Shown in pieces: positions 43,108 through 51,604 of a stretch of DNA of 64,000 bases. The position numbers and the translations under genes were made by a program. Each line of letters begins with the position of its first letter. Position 1 is the first letter of the stretch. The notes beneath the pieces were generated by a model. It made no database searches. It worked only from the letters and a program-made list of their open reading frames with translations, and was not told the origin of the DNA. The DNA is taken from contig JBHEMU010000146.1 of the NCBI GenBank assembly GCA_046262415.1, positions 42,913 through 106,912 of the forward strand, in the 5' to 3' direction. Source of the DNA: Gaiellaceae bacterium (GTDB taxonomy: Bacteria; Actinomycetota; Thermoleophilia; Gaiellales; Gaiellaceae).

Positions 43108-44838
43108 ATGAGCGCCCTCCCACCCCATCTCGCGCTGCCGATCCGCCGGCTGGTCCGGAGGGTGCGGCCGCTGCTCGAGGAGCTGCGCGACCGGCGCGCG
43201 CGTGTCCGCTCGGCCCGGGAGGCGACGGAGTTCGTGAGCGCGCACCCGGAGCTCGCCGCCGACCTGTCGGTCCTGGAACGCCCGGACGGGAAGCGCGTGC
43301 TCGTCGTCAGCCTCTCCGACGATCCCGAGCAGGTCCGGCTCGAGGCACTCCTGATCAAGGCCCTCCAGGTGCGCGGCGCGCGGGTCAGCGTGCTCACCTT
43401 CCGCTCGAGCCGCCGCGGCGTGCGGGAGCTGCGCGGGCTCGGCATCCGCCGGCTGGTGTTCTACGAGGACCACGCGCCCGACCGTCGCGACTGGGCCGCC
43501 GAAGCGGCCCGGCTCGCCGCCGGGTGTCGCACGGTGCAGGACTTCAAGGAGCTCGAGTACCGGGGCGCCCGCGTCGGCCGCCACGGCCTCTCGACGGTCG
43601 TCCGGGCCCGGCACGAGCCGCGGATCGACCTCGAGGACCCGGACGTGCGCGCCGCGATCGCGCGCACGATCGCCTACGCGATCGAGGGCGTCCACACGGG
43701 CGAGCAGGTACTCGACGCCGCCCGTCCCGACCTGCTGCTGATGATCGAGCGCGGGTACGCCGGCTTCGGCTCGATCTTCGACCTCGCCCTGCAGCGGGGC
43801 ATCCCCGTGGTGCAGTTCCAGGCGGCCCACCGAGACGACGCCTTCCTGATGAAGCGCTACACGCTGGCCAACAGGGAGCTGCACCCGCGCTCGCTCGACG
43901 ACCTCACCTGGCGGCGCCTGCTCGAGCGGGGCTGGGACGACGACCGCGAACGCGAGCTCGAGGCCGAGCTCGAGGCCCGCGAGGAGGGGAAATGGTTCAT
44001 GTCGCGGCGCATCCGCCACGCGGCGCGCCGCCGCCCGCCCGAGGAGCTCCGCCGGGATCTCGGGCTCGACCGCGAGCGCAAGGTCGCGGTGCTGTTCTCG
44101 CACGTCCTCTGGGACGCCAGCATGTTCTACGGCCGCGACGTCCACGCCGACCAGGGACAGTGGTTCGCGGAGACGGTGCGGCTGGCGGCCGCGGACGAGC
44201 GCGTGCAGTGGCTCGTGAAGCTGCACCCGGCGCTCTTCTGGAAGCTGCGTGCCGACGGCGTCCGGGCCGAGCCGGCCGAGCTGGCGATGATCCGGGAATC
44301 GGTCGGCGGGCTGCCGCCGCACATGCGGCTGCTGCGTCCCGACGACGACGTGGCGAATGCCGACCTGTTCGAGCTCGTCGACGCGGGCGTGACGATCCGC
44401 GGCACGGTCGGGCTCGAGCTGCCGGCGCTCGGCGTGCCCGTGCTGACCGCGGGGACGACCGACTACGGCGGCCGCGGGTTCACGGTCGACGCGGGGTCGA
44501 TCGACGAGTACGAGGCGAACGTGCGCGGCATCGCCGCGCTTCCGCGCCTGACCCCCGAGCAGACCCGGCTCGCGAGGCTCTACGCCTACGGCGTCTTCTG
44601 CGTCCGTCCCTGGCGGTTCGACAGCTTCCGGCTGGAGTACCTGCCGCTGGTCGAGTCGGGCGACACGCTGCTGCATCGGCTCAGGTGGGCGATCTCCACG
44701 CCGGCGGAGCTGAAGGCGGCCGACGACCTCGCCCGCTTCGCGGCGTGGGTGCTCGACTCCGACGAGGCCGACTACACGCGGGCGATCAGCTCGCGCCAGC
44801 CGAACGTCGGCGCCGCCTCGAGCGCCTCCTCGACGTAG
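43108..44838 (+). CDS. capsule-biosynthesis-type protein (KpsS/KpsC Capsule_synth-like), putative CMP-ulosonate-dependent glycosyltransferase
   Basis: 576 aa. ..KVAVLFSHVLWDAS.., ..WLVKLHPA.. (HP motif), ..AGVTIRGTVGLELPALGVPVLTAGTTDYG.. parallel KpsS ..LAVLQVYNDSQ.., ..IKHHP.., ..VVTINSTAGISAL... Assignment is from recalled motifs only. Confidence 0.5.
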   Translation: MSALPPHLALPIRRLVRRVRPLLEELRDRRARVRSAREATEFVSAHPELAADLSVLERPDGKRVLVVSLSDDPEQVRLEALLIKALQVRGARVSVLTFRSSRRGVRELRGLGIRRLVFYEDHAPDRRDWAAEAARLAAGCRTVQDFKELEYRGARVGRHGLSTVVRARHEPRIDLEDPDVRAAIARTIAYAIEGVHTGEQVLDAARPDLLLMIERGYAGFGSIFDLALQRGIPVVQFQAAHRDDAFLMKRYTLANRELHPRSLDDLTWRRLLERGWDDDRERELEAELEAREEGKWFMSRRIRHAARRRPPEELRRDLGLDRERKVAVLFSHVLWDASMFYGRDVHADQGQWFAETVRLAAADERVQWLVKLHPALFWKLRADGVRAEPAELAMIRESVGGLPPHMRLLRPDDDVANADLFELVDAGVTIRGTVGLELPALGVPVLTAGTTDYGGRGFTVDAGSIDEYEANVRGIAALPRLTPEQTRLARLYAYGVFCVRPWRFDSFRLEYLPLVESGDTLLHRLRWAISTPAELKAADDLARFAAWVLDSDEADYTRAISSRQPNVGAASSASST

Positions 44839-46580
44839 AGCAGGTGCCAGAGCTGGAACATCAGGAGCGGCCATAGCCGCTCGCTCTCGTCGCGGTCGCC
44901 CTCGAGGTGGGGTCGCAGGAGCCTCGCCTCCAGTCCCGGACGGAAGATTCCCTGCCGCGCGAGGTGCTCGTCGGAGAGCAAGCGCTCGGCGAGCGGACGC
45001 AGCTCGCCGCGGAGCCAGCGCGCGAGCGGGAAGACGAACCCCCGCTTGGGCGCCTCCAGATGCGCGGGCGTCAGCAGGTCGGCGACCGCGTCTCGCAGGA
45101 GGCCCTTCGGCTCCTCCGCCGAGGTCCGGAGCTCCGGCGGAATGCGCGCGACCAGCTCGACCAGCTCGTGGTCGAGGTACGGCGTCCGCGCCTCCAGCGA
45201 GAACGCCATCGAGAAACGGTCGGTCATGTGCAGGAACTCGTCGGGCAGCTGCGTCGAGAGGTCGAGGTGGAGCACCGAGTCGCGCGCGCTGCGGCTGCCG
45301 GACTCGTCGAAGACGGACTGCAGGAGCGCCGCCGTGTCGGTCGCGTCGGTGGCGAGAAGCTCGCGCTTCTCGGCGTCCCGGAAGTAGTACGAGGGCTCGA
45401 AGTGGTACCGCCTGACGTCGCCCCTGCGCAGACGCGCGAGGCGGCCGGTCTCGAAGGGGACGAAGCGCCGGTAGTTGCCGAACAGCTCGTCGCCCCCCGT
45501 GCCCGTCAGCCCGACCTTCACGTCCTCGGCCATGAAACGGAAGACGTACCAGGACGGCAGGCCGCCCCCGTAGGGCTCGTCGAGCGACCACACCATCGCG
45601 AGCAGGTCGTCGAGCAGGTCGTCCGCCTCGGCGACGAGCTCGTGGTGACGCGTCCCGTAGCGCTCCGCCAGCGCGCGGGCGAGCGGGAGCTCGTCCAGGG
45701 ACGCGTCCTCCGGCGAGGTGAAGCCGAGCGTGTAGGTGCGCAGGTCTGGCTGCCCCGCCTCGGCGAGGAGGGCGACGACCGCGCTCGAGTCCAGGCCGCC
45801 CGAGAGCGAGCAGGCGACGGGGACGTCGGCGAGCGTCCAGCGCACGACTGCCTCGCGCAGCGCCTCGCGCACGTGCTCCACCCATTCCGCGCGGGAGGCC
45901 TGCTCGGGCGAGAAGCTGAGCCGCCACCAGCGCTCGACGCGGAGGTCGCGGCGTCCGAGGTCGTAGGTGAAGCAGTGTCCGGGCGGCAGGCGCCGGATCC
46001 CCTCGAAGATCGAGCGTGGCCCGGGGACGAAGCGCAGGCTGAGGTAGTGGAAGAGGCTCTCGCGGTCGAGCCGCCGCTGGACGCCCGGGACGAGCAGCAG
46101 CGTCCGGAGCTCCGAGGCGAAGGCCAGCCCGCCGCCCGCGCGAGCGTAGAGAAGGGGCTTGATGCCGAGGCGGTCGCGAGCGCCGAAGAGCACGCCGCGC
46201 CGGCGGTCGTGGACAACGAAGGCGAACATGCCGTTCAGGCGCTCGAGGATCGCCGGCCCGCAGCGCTCGTAGCCGCGCAGGACGACCTCCGTGTCCGAAT
46301 GGCCGGAGTCGAAGGCGACGCCGTCCAGCTCGAGTCGCCGGCGGAGCTCCGGCGCGTTGTAGATCTCTCCGTTGAAGACGATCGTCGCCGACTCGCCGTG
46401 CATCGGCTGCGCGCCTCCCGGGATGTCCAGGATCGCCAGGCGGCGGGCGACGAGCCCGACCTTGCCGTCCGCGTCGCGGTAGAGGCCGCCGCCGTCCGGC
46501 CCGCGGTGCCGGAGGGAGCCGCCCAGGCGTTCGAGCAGTGCGTCGTCGTGCGGCCCGGCGATGCCCGCGATCCCGCACAC
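44772..46580 (-). CDS. asnB: asparagine synthase (glutamine-hydrolysing) family amidotransferase, paralog 2
   Basis: 602 aa with MCGIAGIAG N-terminus and SLSGGLDSS PP-loop. GTG start 46580 is 2 nt from the repeat copy B. Confidence 0.9.
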   Translation of the reverse strand: MCGIAGIAGPHDDALLERLGGSLRHRGPDGGGLYRDADGKVGLVARRLAILDIPGGAQPMHGESATIVFNGEIYNAPELRRRLELDGVAFDSGHSDTEVVLRGYERCGPAILERLNGMFAFVVHDRRRGVLFGARDRLGIKPLLYARAGGGLAFASELRTLLLVPGVQRRLDRESLFHYLSLRFVPGPRSIFEGIRRLPPGHCFTYDLGRRDLRVERWWRLSFSPEQASRAEWVEHVREALREAVVRWTLADVPVACSLSGGLDSSAVVALLAEAGQPDLRTYTLGFTSPEDASLDELPLARALAERYGTRHHELVAEADDLLDDLLAMVWSLDEPYGGGLPSWYVFRFMAEDVKVGLTGTGGDELFGNYRRFVPFETGRLARLRRGDVRRYHFEPSYYFRDAEKRELLATDATDTAALLQSVFDESGSRSARDSVLHLDLSTQLPDEFLHMTDRFSMAFSLEARTPYLDHELVELVARIPPELRTSAEEPKGLLRDAVADLLTPAHLEAPKRGFVFPLARWLRGELRPLAERLLSDEHLARQGIFRPGLEARLLRPHLEGDRDESERLWPLLMFQLWHLLYVEEALEAAPTFGWRELIARV

Positions 46581-46582
46581 GG

Positions 46583-46683
46583 CTAGGCGGCGCTCGCGAC
46601 GCCGACCTCAGGAGCGCGGGCTTGCCCGTGCTCCGTCTGAGCCGACCGCACGAGCGCATCCGGGTAGAGACCCACGCTCCTAG
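46583..46683 (+). repeat. copy B of the CTAG-flanked 97-nt-period hairpin repeat
   Basis: CTAG 46583-46586 and 46680-46683. Internal hairpins GGCGgCGC-TC-GCGACGCC and GGAGCGCGGGC-TT-GCCCGTGCTCC. It occupies the whole intercistronic gap. Confidence 0.85.
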
Positions 46684-47405
46684 CGCCCCACGAAGAGCAG
46701 GTGCGGCTGGGGCAGGGGCGCGCGGGGGCGGCGCAGGCGGGTGCGCAGCCGTGCGAGCGGGGTCAGGCCCCAGAACGTGCCCTCGGCGATCACCGTCTCG
46801 AACCCGTGCTCGGCGAAGAGTGCGGCGATCGTGCCCGGCGTGAGCGATCGCTGGTGCTGCCAGCGGTGGAACGTCCCGCCGCAGTCGGGGCAGCGCACCT
46901 CGCTCGCGGCGAGGTCCTCGGCGTTCGGCGCCGTGACGACGACGTGGCCGCGGGGGGCGAGCAGCCGCCGCACCTCGGCCAGCGTGGCGGCGATCTGGTC
47001 GTCGAGGAGGTGCTCGACCACCTCGACCAGGAGGATCCGTTCGAACGAGCCGGAGGCGAGCCCGCTGGGCAGGCCGGGTGCGCGCTCGATTCCCGCGAAG
47101 AGCGGCTCGTCGGCGAACCTCGCCTGAGTCTCGTCCGCCGAGGCGTCGTCGAGCTCGAGACCGCTCGCGGCGATCCCGCGCGCGAACAGGTGCGCGAGCA
47201 GGTCGCCGCGGCCGCAGCCGAAGTCGAGCACGCGGCGGCCGCGCAAGCCGATCCGGCGCTCGACCTCGTCCGCGATCGAGGCGCCGGAATGGGCGCTGAA
47301 GTACTGCCCTCGGTAGGAGGGGTTCGACGCGTAGTAGCCCCAGATCCGAGCGACCTTCTCCGGCGTCCAGCCGACGTCGTGCGGGCGGTACTCGGGCTCA
47401 CCCAC
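46680..47405 (-). CDS. class I SAM-dependent methyltransferase with C-terminal Cys-pair (CPDCGG) element
   Basis: VLDFGCGRGDL motif I and ..ILLVEVVEHL..LAPRGHVVVTAPN... The TAG stop is part of the terminal CTAG of repeat copy B. Confidence 0.85.
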   Translation of the reverse strand: MGEPEYRPHDVGWTPEKVARIWGYYASNPSYRGQYFSAHSGASIADEVERRIGLRGRRVLDFGCGRGDLLAHLFARGIAASGLELDDASADETQARFADEPLFAGIERAPGLPSGLASGSFERILLVEVVEHLLDDQIAATLAEVRRLLAPRGHVVVTAPNAEDLAASEVRCPDCGGTFHRWQHQRSLTPGTIAALFAEHGFETVIAEGTFWGLTPLARLRTRLRRPRAPLPQPHLLFVGR

Positions 47406-47431
47406 CGGTCAGAGACTAGCCTTCGCGGCCG

Positions 47432-48172
47432 GTGCCGGACCCGGCCCTCTTCGAGATCCCGTACGACCCCGACTGGGGCTACGAGCGCACGTTCTTCCTC
47501 GACACCGAGCACCGCTACACGAAGATGCACCGGCTGCTGCGCGAGGCGGTCGGCGACCTCTCGGGCACGCGGGTGCTCGACCTCGGCTGCTGCCGCGGTC
47601 TCCTGCTGGAGCGCTTCCGGCGCTATGAGGGGGTCGAGCTCGCGGGTCTCGAGATCGACCCGGAGGAGGCGAGGCAGGCCGAGCAGCGGGGGCTTCGGCC
47701 CGTGCGCCACCACATCAACCGGTTCGAGGGCGACCGGATGGTCGCGCGGCTTCCCTTCGCGGACGCGAGCGCCGACGTCGTGCTCGCCGGCGAGATCCTC
47801 GAGCACGTCGTCGACACCGAGGGCTTCCTGCGCGAGATCGGCCGCGTGCTCGCGGCCGGCGGCGCCGTCTCGCTGTCGACTCCGAACATCCTCTGGTGGA
47901 AGCACCGGCTCTCGCTGCTCGCGGGGCGCTACCCCGACGCGCTCGAGTACCGGCTGCGCTACGGCGACGACTTCGGGCACGTGCGGCTGTTCGGCCCCGG
48001 GGAGCTGCGCGGGCTGCTCGAGGAGGTGGGCTTCAGGGACGTCCGGATCGTCGGCAAGCGCCTCGGTCCGACGGCGAGCCTGACCGGCCCGGGGGCGAGG
48101 CTGCTCGACCGTGCCGCCGACCGCCTGCCGGGTCTCAGCGACAACCTGATCGCGGTTGCCCTCCGGGCCTGA
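47432..48172 (+). CDS. class I SAM-dependent methyltransferase (Methyltransf_11-like)
   Basis: VLDLGCCRGLL motif I and ..DVVLAGEILEHV..LAAGGAVSLSTPN... GTG start only 26 nt from the divergent methyltransferase start. Confidence 0.85.
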   Translation: MPDPALFEIPYDPDWGYERTFFLDTEHRYTKMHRLLREAVGDLSGTRVLDLGCCRGLLLERFRRYEGVELAGLEIDPEEARQAEQRGLRPVRHHINRFEGDRMVARLPFADASADVVLAGEILEHVVDTEGFLREIGRVLAAGGAVSLSTPNILWWKHRLSLLAGRYPDALEYRLRYGDDFGHVRLFGPGELRGLLEEVGFRDVRIVGKRLGPTASLTGPGARLLDRAADRLPGLSDNLIAVALRA

Positions 48173-48216
48173 ACGGAGCGCTCGGTAGGCCTGCTCGTCG
48201 CCGCGACGGTTCCCGC

Positions 48217-48245
48217 TTGACACGCCGGCGCGGGAGTGTCAGAGT
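48217..48245 (+). promoter_or_regulatory. orphan promoter-like element TTGACA-N17-CAGAGT in a lower-GC non-coding stretch
   Basis: Consensus -35 TTGACA at 48217-48222 and CAGAGT at 48240-48245. No credible ORF lies downstream before the two repeat copies. It may equally be part of a weak hairpin (TGACAC..GTGTCA). Confidence 0.25.
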
Positions 48246-48368
48246 ACGCATCGTCAAGTCCCTGCAGGCCCTCGGGTCCGCGGGGATTTGGCATTTCAGG
48301 GGCCGTTTGGGCACGTCCGCCGGGGACGTGTCCCGGGGCCAGGCCCCCGGACTTGTCTCGAACGGGCA

Positions 48369-48468
48369 CTAGGCGTCGCTTGCGACGCCGACCTCAGGAG
48401 CGCGGGCTTGCCCGTGCTCCGTCTGAGCCGACCGCACGAGCGCATCCGGGTAGAGACCCACGCTCCCA
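48369..48468 (+). repeat. copy C of the CTAG-flanked 97-nt-period hairpin repeat (first unit of tandem dimer)
   Basis: Starts with CTAG at 48369-48372. Hairpins GGCGTCGC-TT-GCGACGCC and GGAGCGCGGGC-TT-GCCCGTGCTCC. The junction tetranucleotide with copy D is CCAG (48466-48469). Confidence 0.85.
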
Positions 48469-48566
48469 GGCGTCGCTTGCGACGCCGACCTCAGGAGCGC
48501 GGGCTTGCCCGTGCTCCGTCTGAGCCGACCGCACGAGCGCACCCGGGTAGAGACCCACACTCCTAC
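48466..48566 (+). repeat. copy D of the hairpin repeat (second unit of tandem dimer)
   Basis: Exactly 97 nt downstream of copy C. It ends in CTAC (48563-48566), whose CTA is the TAG stop of the convergent GT4 gene. Confidence 0.85.
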
Positions 48567-49603
48567 GCCGGTGGGCCGTACAGCGCCAGCGTCTCCTCGA
48601 CCATGCGCTCCTCCGAGAACCGCTCGCGCACGCGGCGTCTCGCCTCGGCCGCGAGCCGCCGTCCCTCCTCGGGACGCTCGAGCAAGCGCAGGATCGCGGC
48701 TGCGAGCGCCTCCGCGTCGCGCGGTGGGACGAGGATGCCCGTCTCGCCGTCGACGACCGTCTCCCGGATCCCACCGACAGGGGTCGCCACGACCGGCACG
48801 CCGGCGGCCTGCGCCTCGATCACGGCCACGCAGAGCCCCTCGAAGAGCGACGGGAAGGCGAAGACGTCGAACGAGGCGAGCAGGTCCGGCACGTCGTCGC
48901 GGGCTCCGGCGAAGAGGACGCGGTCCCCGAGTCCGAGGCTCCGCGCCTGCGTCTCGAGCGCCGGCCGGAGCTCACCCTCGCCGACCAGCACGAAGCGGAC
49001 GTCCGGACGGCGCCCAACCACGCGGGCGGCCGCCTCCAGCAGGTACCGCTGCCCCTTCTGCTCGGCCAGGCGCGCCACGTTGCCGACGAGCGGCCCCGCC
49101 TTCTCCAGAGTGGGCTCCGCCGCTCCGAACCGCTCGAGGTCGATTCCGAGGGGGACGACGAAGCTCCTCGGCCGGCCGTCTCCGCGCCGGTCCGCCTCCG
49201 ACGTGTAGATCACCTCGGGCCTGGTCGCCCAGCCGAGCCGCCACCAGAGGCGCCCCGCGAGGTTGTCGCGGCGCGGCAGCTCCGGCGTGTGGTGGGTCAC
49301 GACGACCCGCGGGGTCCGCGCGAGGCGCGCGGCGACCTGCGCGGCCGGCCACACGTCCGTCACGTGGGCGAGCCGCGGCCGGGCACCCCGCAGGAGGTCA
49401 CGAAGCCAGAGGCACTGGCGGAGCGCCGACCGGTCCGGCGGGAACGTCTCGGTCGGCACCCGCAGCCGCGAGAACCGCTCGAGAACCGGCGCGTCCGGGT
49501 AGACGAGCATGACCTCCTCCCGCTCGCGCAGGGCGCGCACGATCGACTCGACGTAGCGCTCGACCATTCCCCAGGCCGGCGCCCCGTGGAGGAATGCGAT
49601 CAC
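48563..49603 (-). CDS. family 4 glycosyltransferase
   Basis: GTG 49603 overlaps the upstream stop (GTGA). ..FAFPSLFEGLCVAVIEAQAAGVPVVATPVGGIRETVVDGETGILVPP... Confidence 0.85.
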   Translation of the reverse strand: MIAFLHGAPAWGMVERYVESIVRALREREEVMLVYPDAPVLERFSRLRVPTETFPPDRSALRQCLWLRDLLRGARPRLAHVTDVWPAAQVAARLARTPRVVVTHHTPELPRRDNLAGRLWWRLGWATRPEVIYTSEADRRGDGRPRSFVVPLGIDLERFGAAEPTLEKAGPLVGNVARLAEQKGQRYLLEAAARVVGRRPDVRFVLVGEGELRPALETQARSLGLGDRVLFAGARDDVPDLLASFDVFAFPSLFEGLCVAVIEAQAAGVPVVATPVGGIRETVVDGETGILVPPRDAEALAAAILRLLERPEEGRRLAAEARRRVRERFSEERMVEETLALYGPPA

Positions 49604-50694
49604 GACGAGGTGACCTCGGCGAGGATCGCGGCGAACTCGCGCGCCGTGCGCTCCCACGTGAACTCCCGCGCGCGCGCGCGGCCGCGACGCCGCAGCTCGT
49701 CGGCGAGCCCGGGCTCCTCGAGCACGCGGAGGAGGGCCGCCGCGAGCTCTGTCTCCGAGCGCGGATCGCACAGCAACCCGGCATCGCCGACGACCTCGGG
49801 GACCGACGAGGCCCTCGAGGCGACGACGGGCGCGCCGCAGGCCATGGCCTCGAGCGGCTGGTAGCCGAAGCCCTCGTAGAGGGTGGCGTCGGCGTAGGCG
49901 GCCGCGCCGGAGTAGAGCCGGACGAGGTCCTCGTCCGCGACGTAGCCCGCGACCTCGATGCCCTCGCCCTCCAGGCGCCGCGTCCCCACGTTGCCGCCCA
50001 CGATCAGCCGGACGGGCTCGCGCGCGGCCGCACGGACGGCGTGGAACGCCCGCACGACCGTTTCGGTGTTGTCACGCGGATCGGCGGAGGCGAGGTGGAA
50101 CACGTACCGACCTGGCCGTTCAGGACGTGGCTCCGGGCCTGGCCCCGGGACCTGTCCGAAACCGGCGTCGAGGCCCGGGTAGACGACGCGCACGCTGCCG
50201 CGCAGCTCCGGTAGCGCCGCCTCGAGCTCACTCGCCGTCGCCTGGGAGCCGGCGACCACCCGCGCGGCTCGCCGGAGGCTCGGCCGCCAGAGGGCGGCGG
50301 TGAGGAGGTCGCTGCCGCGCTGGTACGCGCCGGCGCCCGAGCGGCGGTTCTCCGCGATCCGGTGCGTCGGCAGCTCGAACAGCCAGACGACGAAGCGGGT
50401 TCCCCCCCAGGCCGCCAGCCGGTCGGTGAGCGTGACGACCGCGTCGAGCCGGAGCCGGCGCGCCGCACGCGGCATCCCCCACAGCTCCCAGGCGAGGAAG
50501 TGCCGCTCCCGGATCCGTTCGACCCGGACGCCGCTTCCGCGGAGCAGCGCCGCACCGTCCTCGCTCCGCGCGAAGGCCGTCAGCTCGTGCCCGTCCCCGA
50601 GCGCGGCCAGGCTCTCGACGAGACGGCGCTGCGAGCGGGCGTGACCCTTGCCCGCCGGCGCGACCTGGATCGCGTCAATCCCGATTCGTGCCAC
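49600..50694 (-). CDS. family 4 glycosyltransferase
   Basis: 364 aa. ..ATLYEGFGYQPLEAMACGAPVVASRASSVPEVVGDAGLLCDP... Confidence 0.85.
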   Translation of the reverse strand: MARIGIDAIQVAPAGKGHARSQRRLVESLAALGDGHELTAFARSEDGAALLRGSGVRVERIRERHFLAWELWGMPRAARRLRLDAVVTLTDRLAAWGGTRFVVWLFELPTHRIAENRRSGAGAYQRGSDLLTAALWRPSLRRAARVVAGSQATASELEAALPELRGSVRVVYPGLDAGFGQVPGPGPEPRPERPGRYVFHLASADPRDNTETVVRAFHAVRAAAREPVRLIVGGNVGTRRLEGEGIEVAGYVADEDLVRLYSGAAAYADATLYEGFGYQPLEAMACGAPVVASRASSVPEVVGDAGLLCDPRSETELAAALLRVLEEPGLADELRRRGRARAREFTWERTAREFAAILAEVTSS

Positions 50695-51604
50695 GGCGGC
50701 GGGCTCGGAGCCGGCGGACGGCCGGCTCGGGAAGCAGGCTCTTCAGCGCCAGCGAGACGGAGCGGCGGGAGGCGTTCCGCGGGTAGAGGGCGAGCGCGCC
50801 CCAGAGCGCCCGGCGGGCGGCGGGGAGGTCGAGCTCGTCGTAGAGGTAGTCGCCGGCCGCGATGTAGGCGCTCGACCGGCCCTGCCGGGCGTGGGGGCGC
50901 AGCTCCGGCGGCAGCGCCTCGCCGGCCAGGAACTCGTCCGCGAAGCGGAGGTAGTCCGCCGCCTTGCGGGCGCCGCTCCCCATCGTCTTGGAGGCCGCGT
51001 GCTCCCGGTAGGTCGAGAGCGGCTGCGCCAGCCGCCGCACGGGCCCGAGGGCGCTCAGCCGGAGGTAGAACTCGAAGTCGAAGAAGTAGTAGCCGAGCTC
51101 GTTCAGCGGCCCGGCGGCCTCCCAGGCGCTCCGCCGCCACAGCGAGCTCGGCTGCACGACGTGGTTGTCCGCTCGGCGCACCATGCGCGGCGGATCCCAC
51201 GTGCGCGAGGGGAGGTATCCCGTCTCGCGGGAGTCCGCGTCGGTGTAGACGGCGTCCCCGTAGACCATGACGAGATCCGGATCGCCCTCGAGCGCCTCGA
51301 CCATGGTGGTGACGGCGCCCGGGAGGAGCGTGTCGTCGGAGTTGACGAAGCCCATGTACTCGCCGCTCGTTCGGGCGAAGCCGCGGTTGATCGCCGCCAC
51401 CTGCCCCGCGTTCTCCTGGCGCGTCCACCAGGCGAGGCGGTGCTCGTAGCGGCGGATGATCTCGATGCTGCCGTCCCTCGAGCCGTCGTCGACGACGACG
51501 TACTCGATCGCCGCGTAGTCCTGGTCGAGCACCGAGCGGATCGTCTCCTCCAGGAACGCCTCTTGGTCGAACGACGGCGTCACGATCGAGACGGTCGGCG
51601 TCAC
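50675..51604 (-). CDS. family 2 glycosyltransferase
   Basis: GTG 51604 overlaps the upstream stop (GTGA). VSIVTPSFDQEAFLEETIRSVLDQDY, YVVVDDGSRDGS, FVNSDD. Confidence 0.85.
   Translation of the reverse strand: MTPTVSIVTPSFDQEAFLEETIRSVLDQDYAAIEYVVVDDGSRDGSIEIIRRYEHRLAWWTRQENAGQVAAINRGFARTSGEYMGFVNSDDTLLPGAVTTMVEALEGDPDLVMVYGDAVYTDADSRETGYLPSRTWDPPRMVRRADNHVVQPSSLWRRSAWEAAGPLNELGYYFFDFEFYLRLSALGPVRRLAQPLSTYREHAASKTMGSGARKAADYLRFADEFLAGEALPPELRPHARQGRSSAYIAAGDYLYDELDLPAARRALWGALALYPRNASRRSVSLALKSLLPEPAVRRLRARRRGTNRD

Noticed and set aside
48369-48566. Possible CRISPR array (tandem repeated units)
   Set aside because: There are only two units, directly abutting with no spacers. The 97-nt unit is far longer than CRISPR repeats, the same unit is dispersed singly elsewhere, and no cas genes are present.
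48288-49208. ORFs translating the repeat (recurrent peptide ..GLPVLRLSRPHERIRVETHA.. or ..CGRLRRSTGKPALL.. in ORFs at 16894, 43063, 46538, 48288, 48369, 48505)
   Set aside because: The shared peptide is the translation of the non-coding repeat in different contexts and frames. The ORFs continue antisense into real genes and have no family resemblance.
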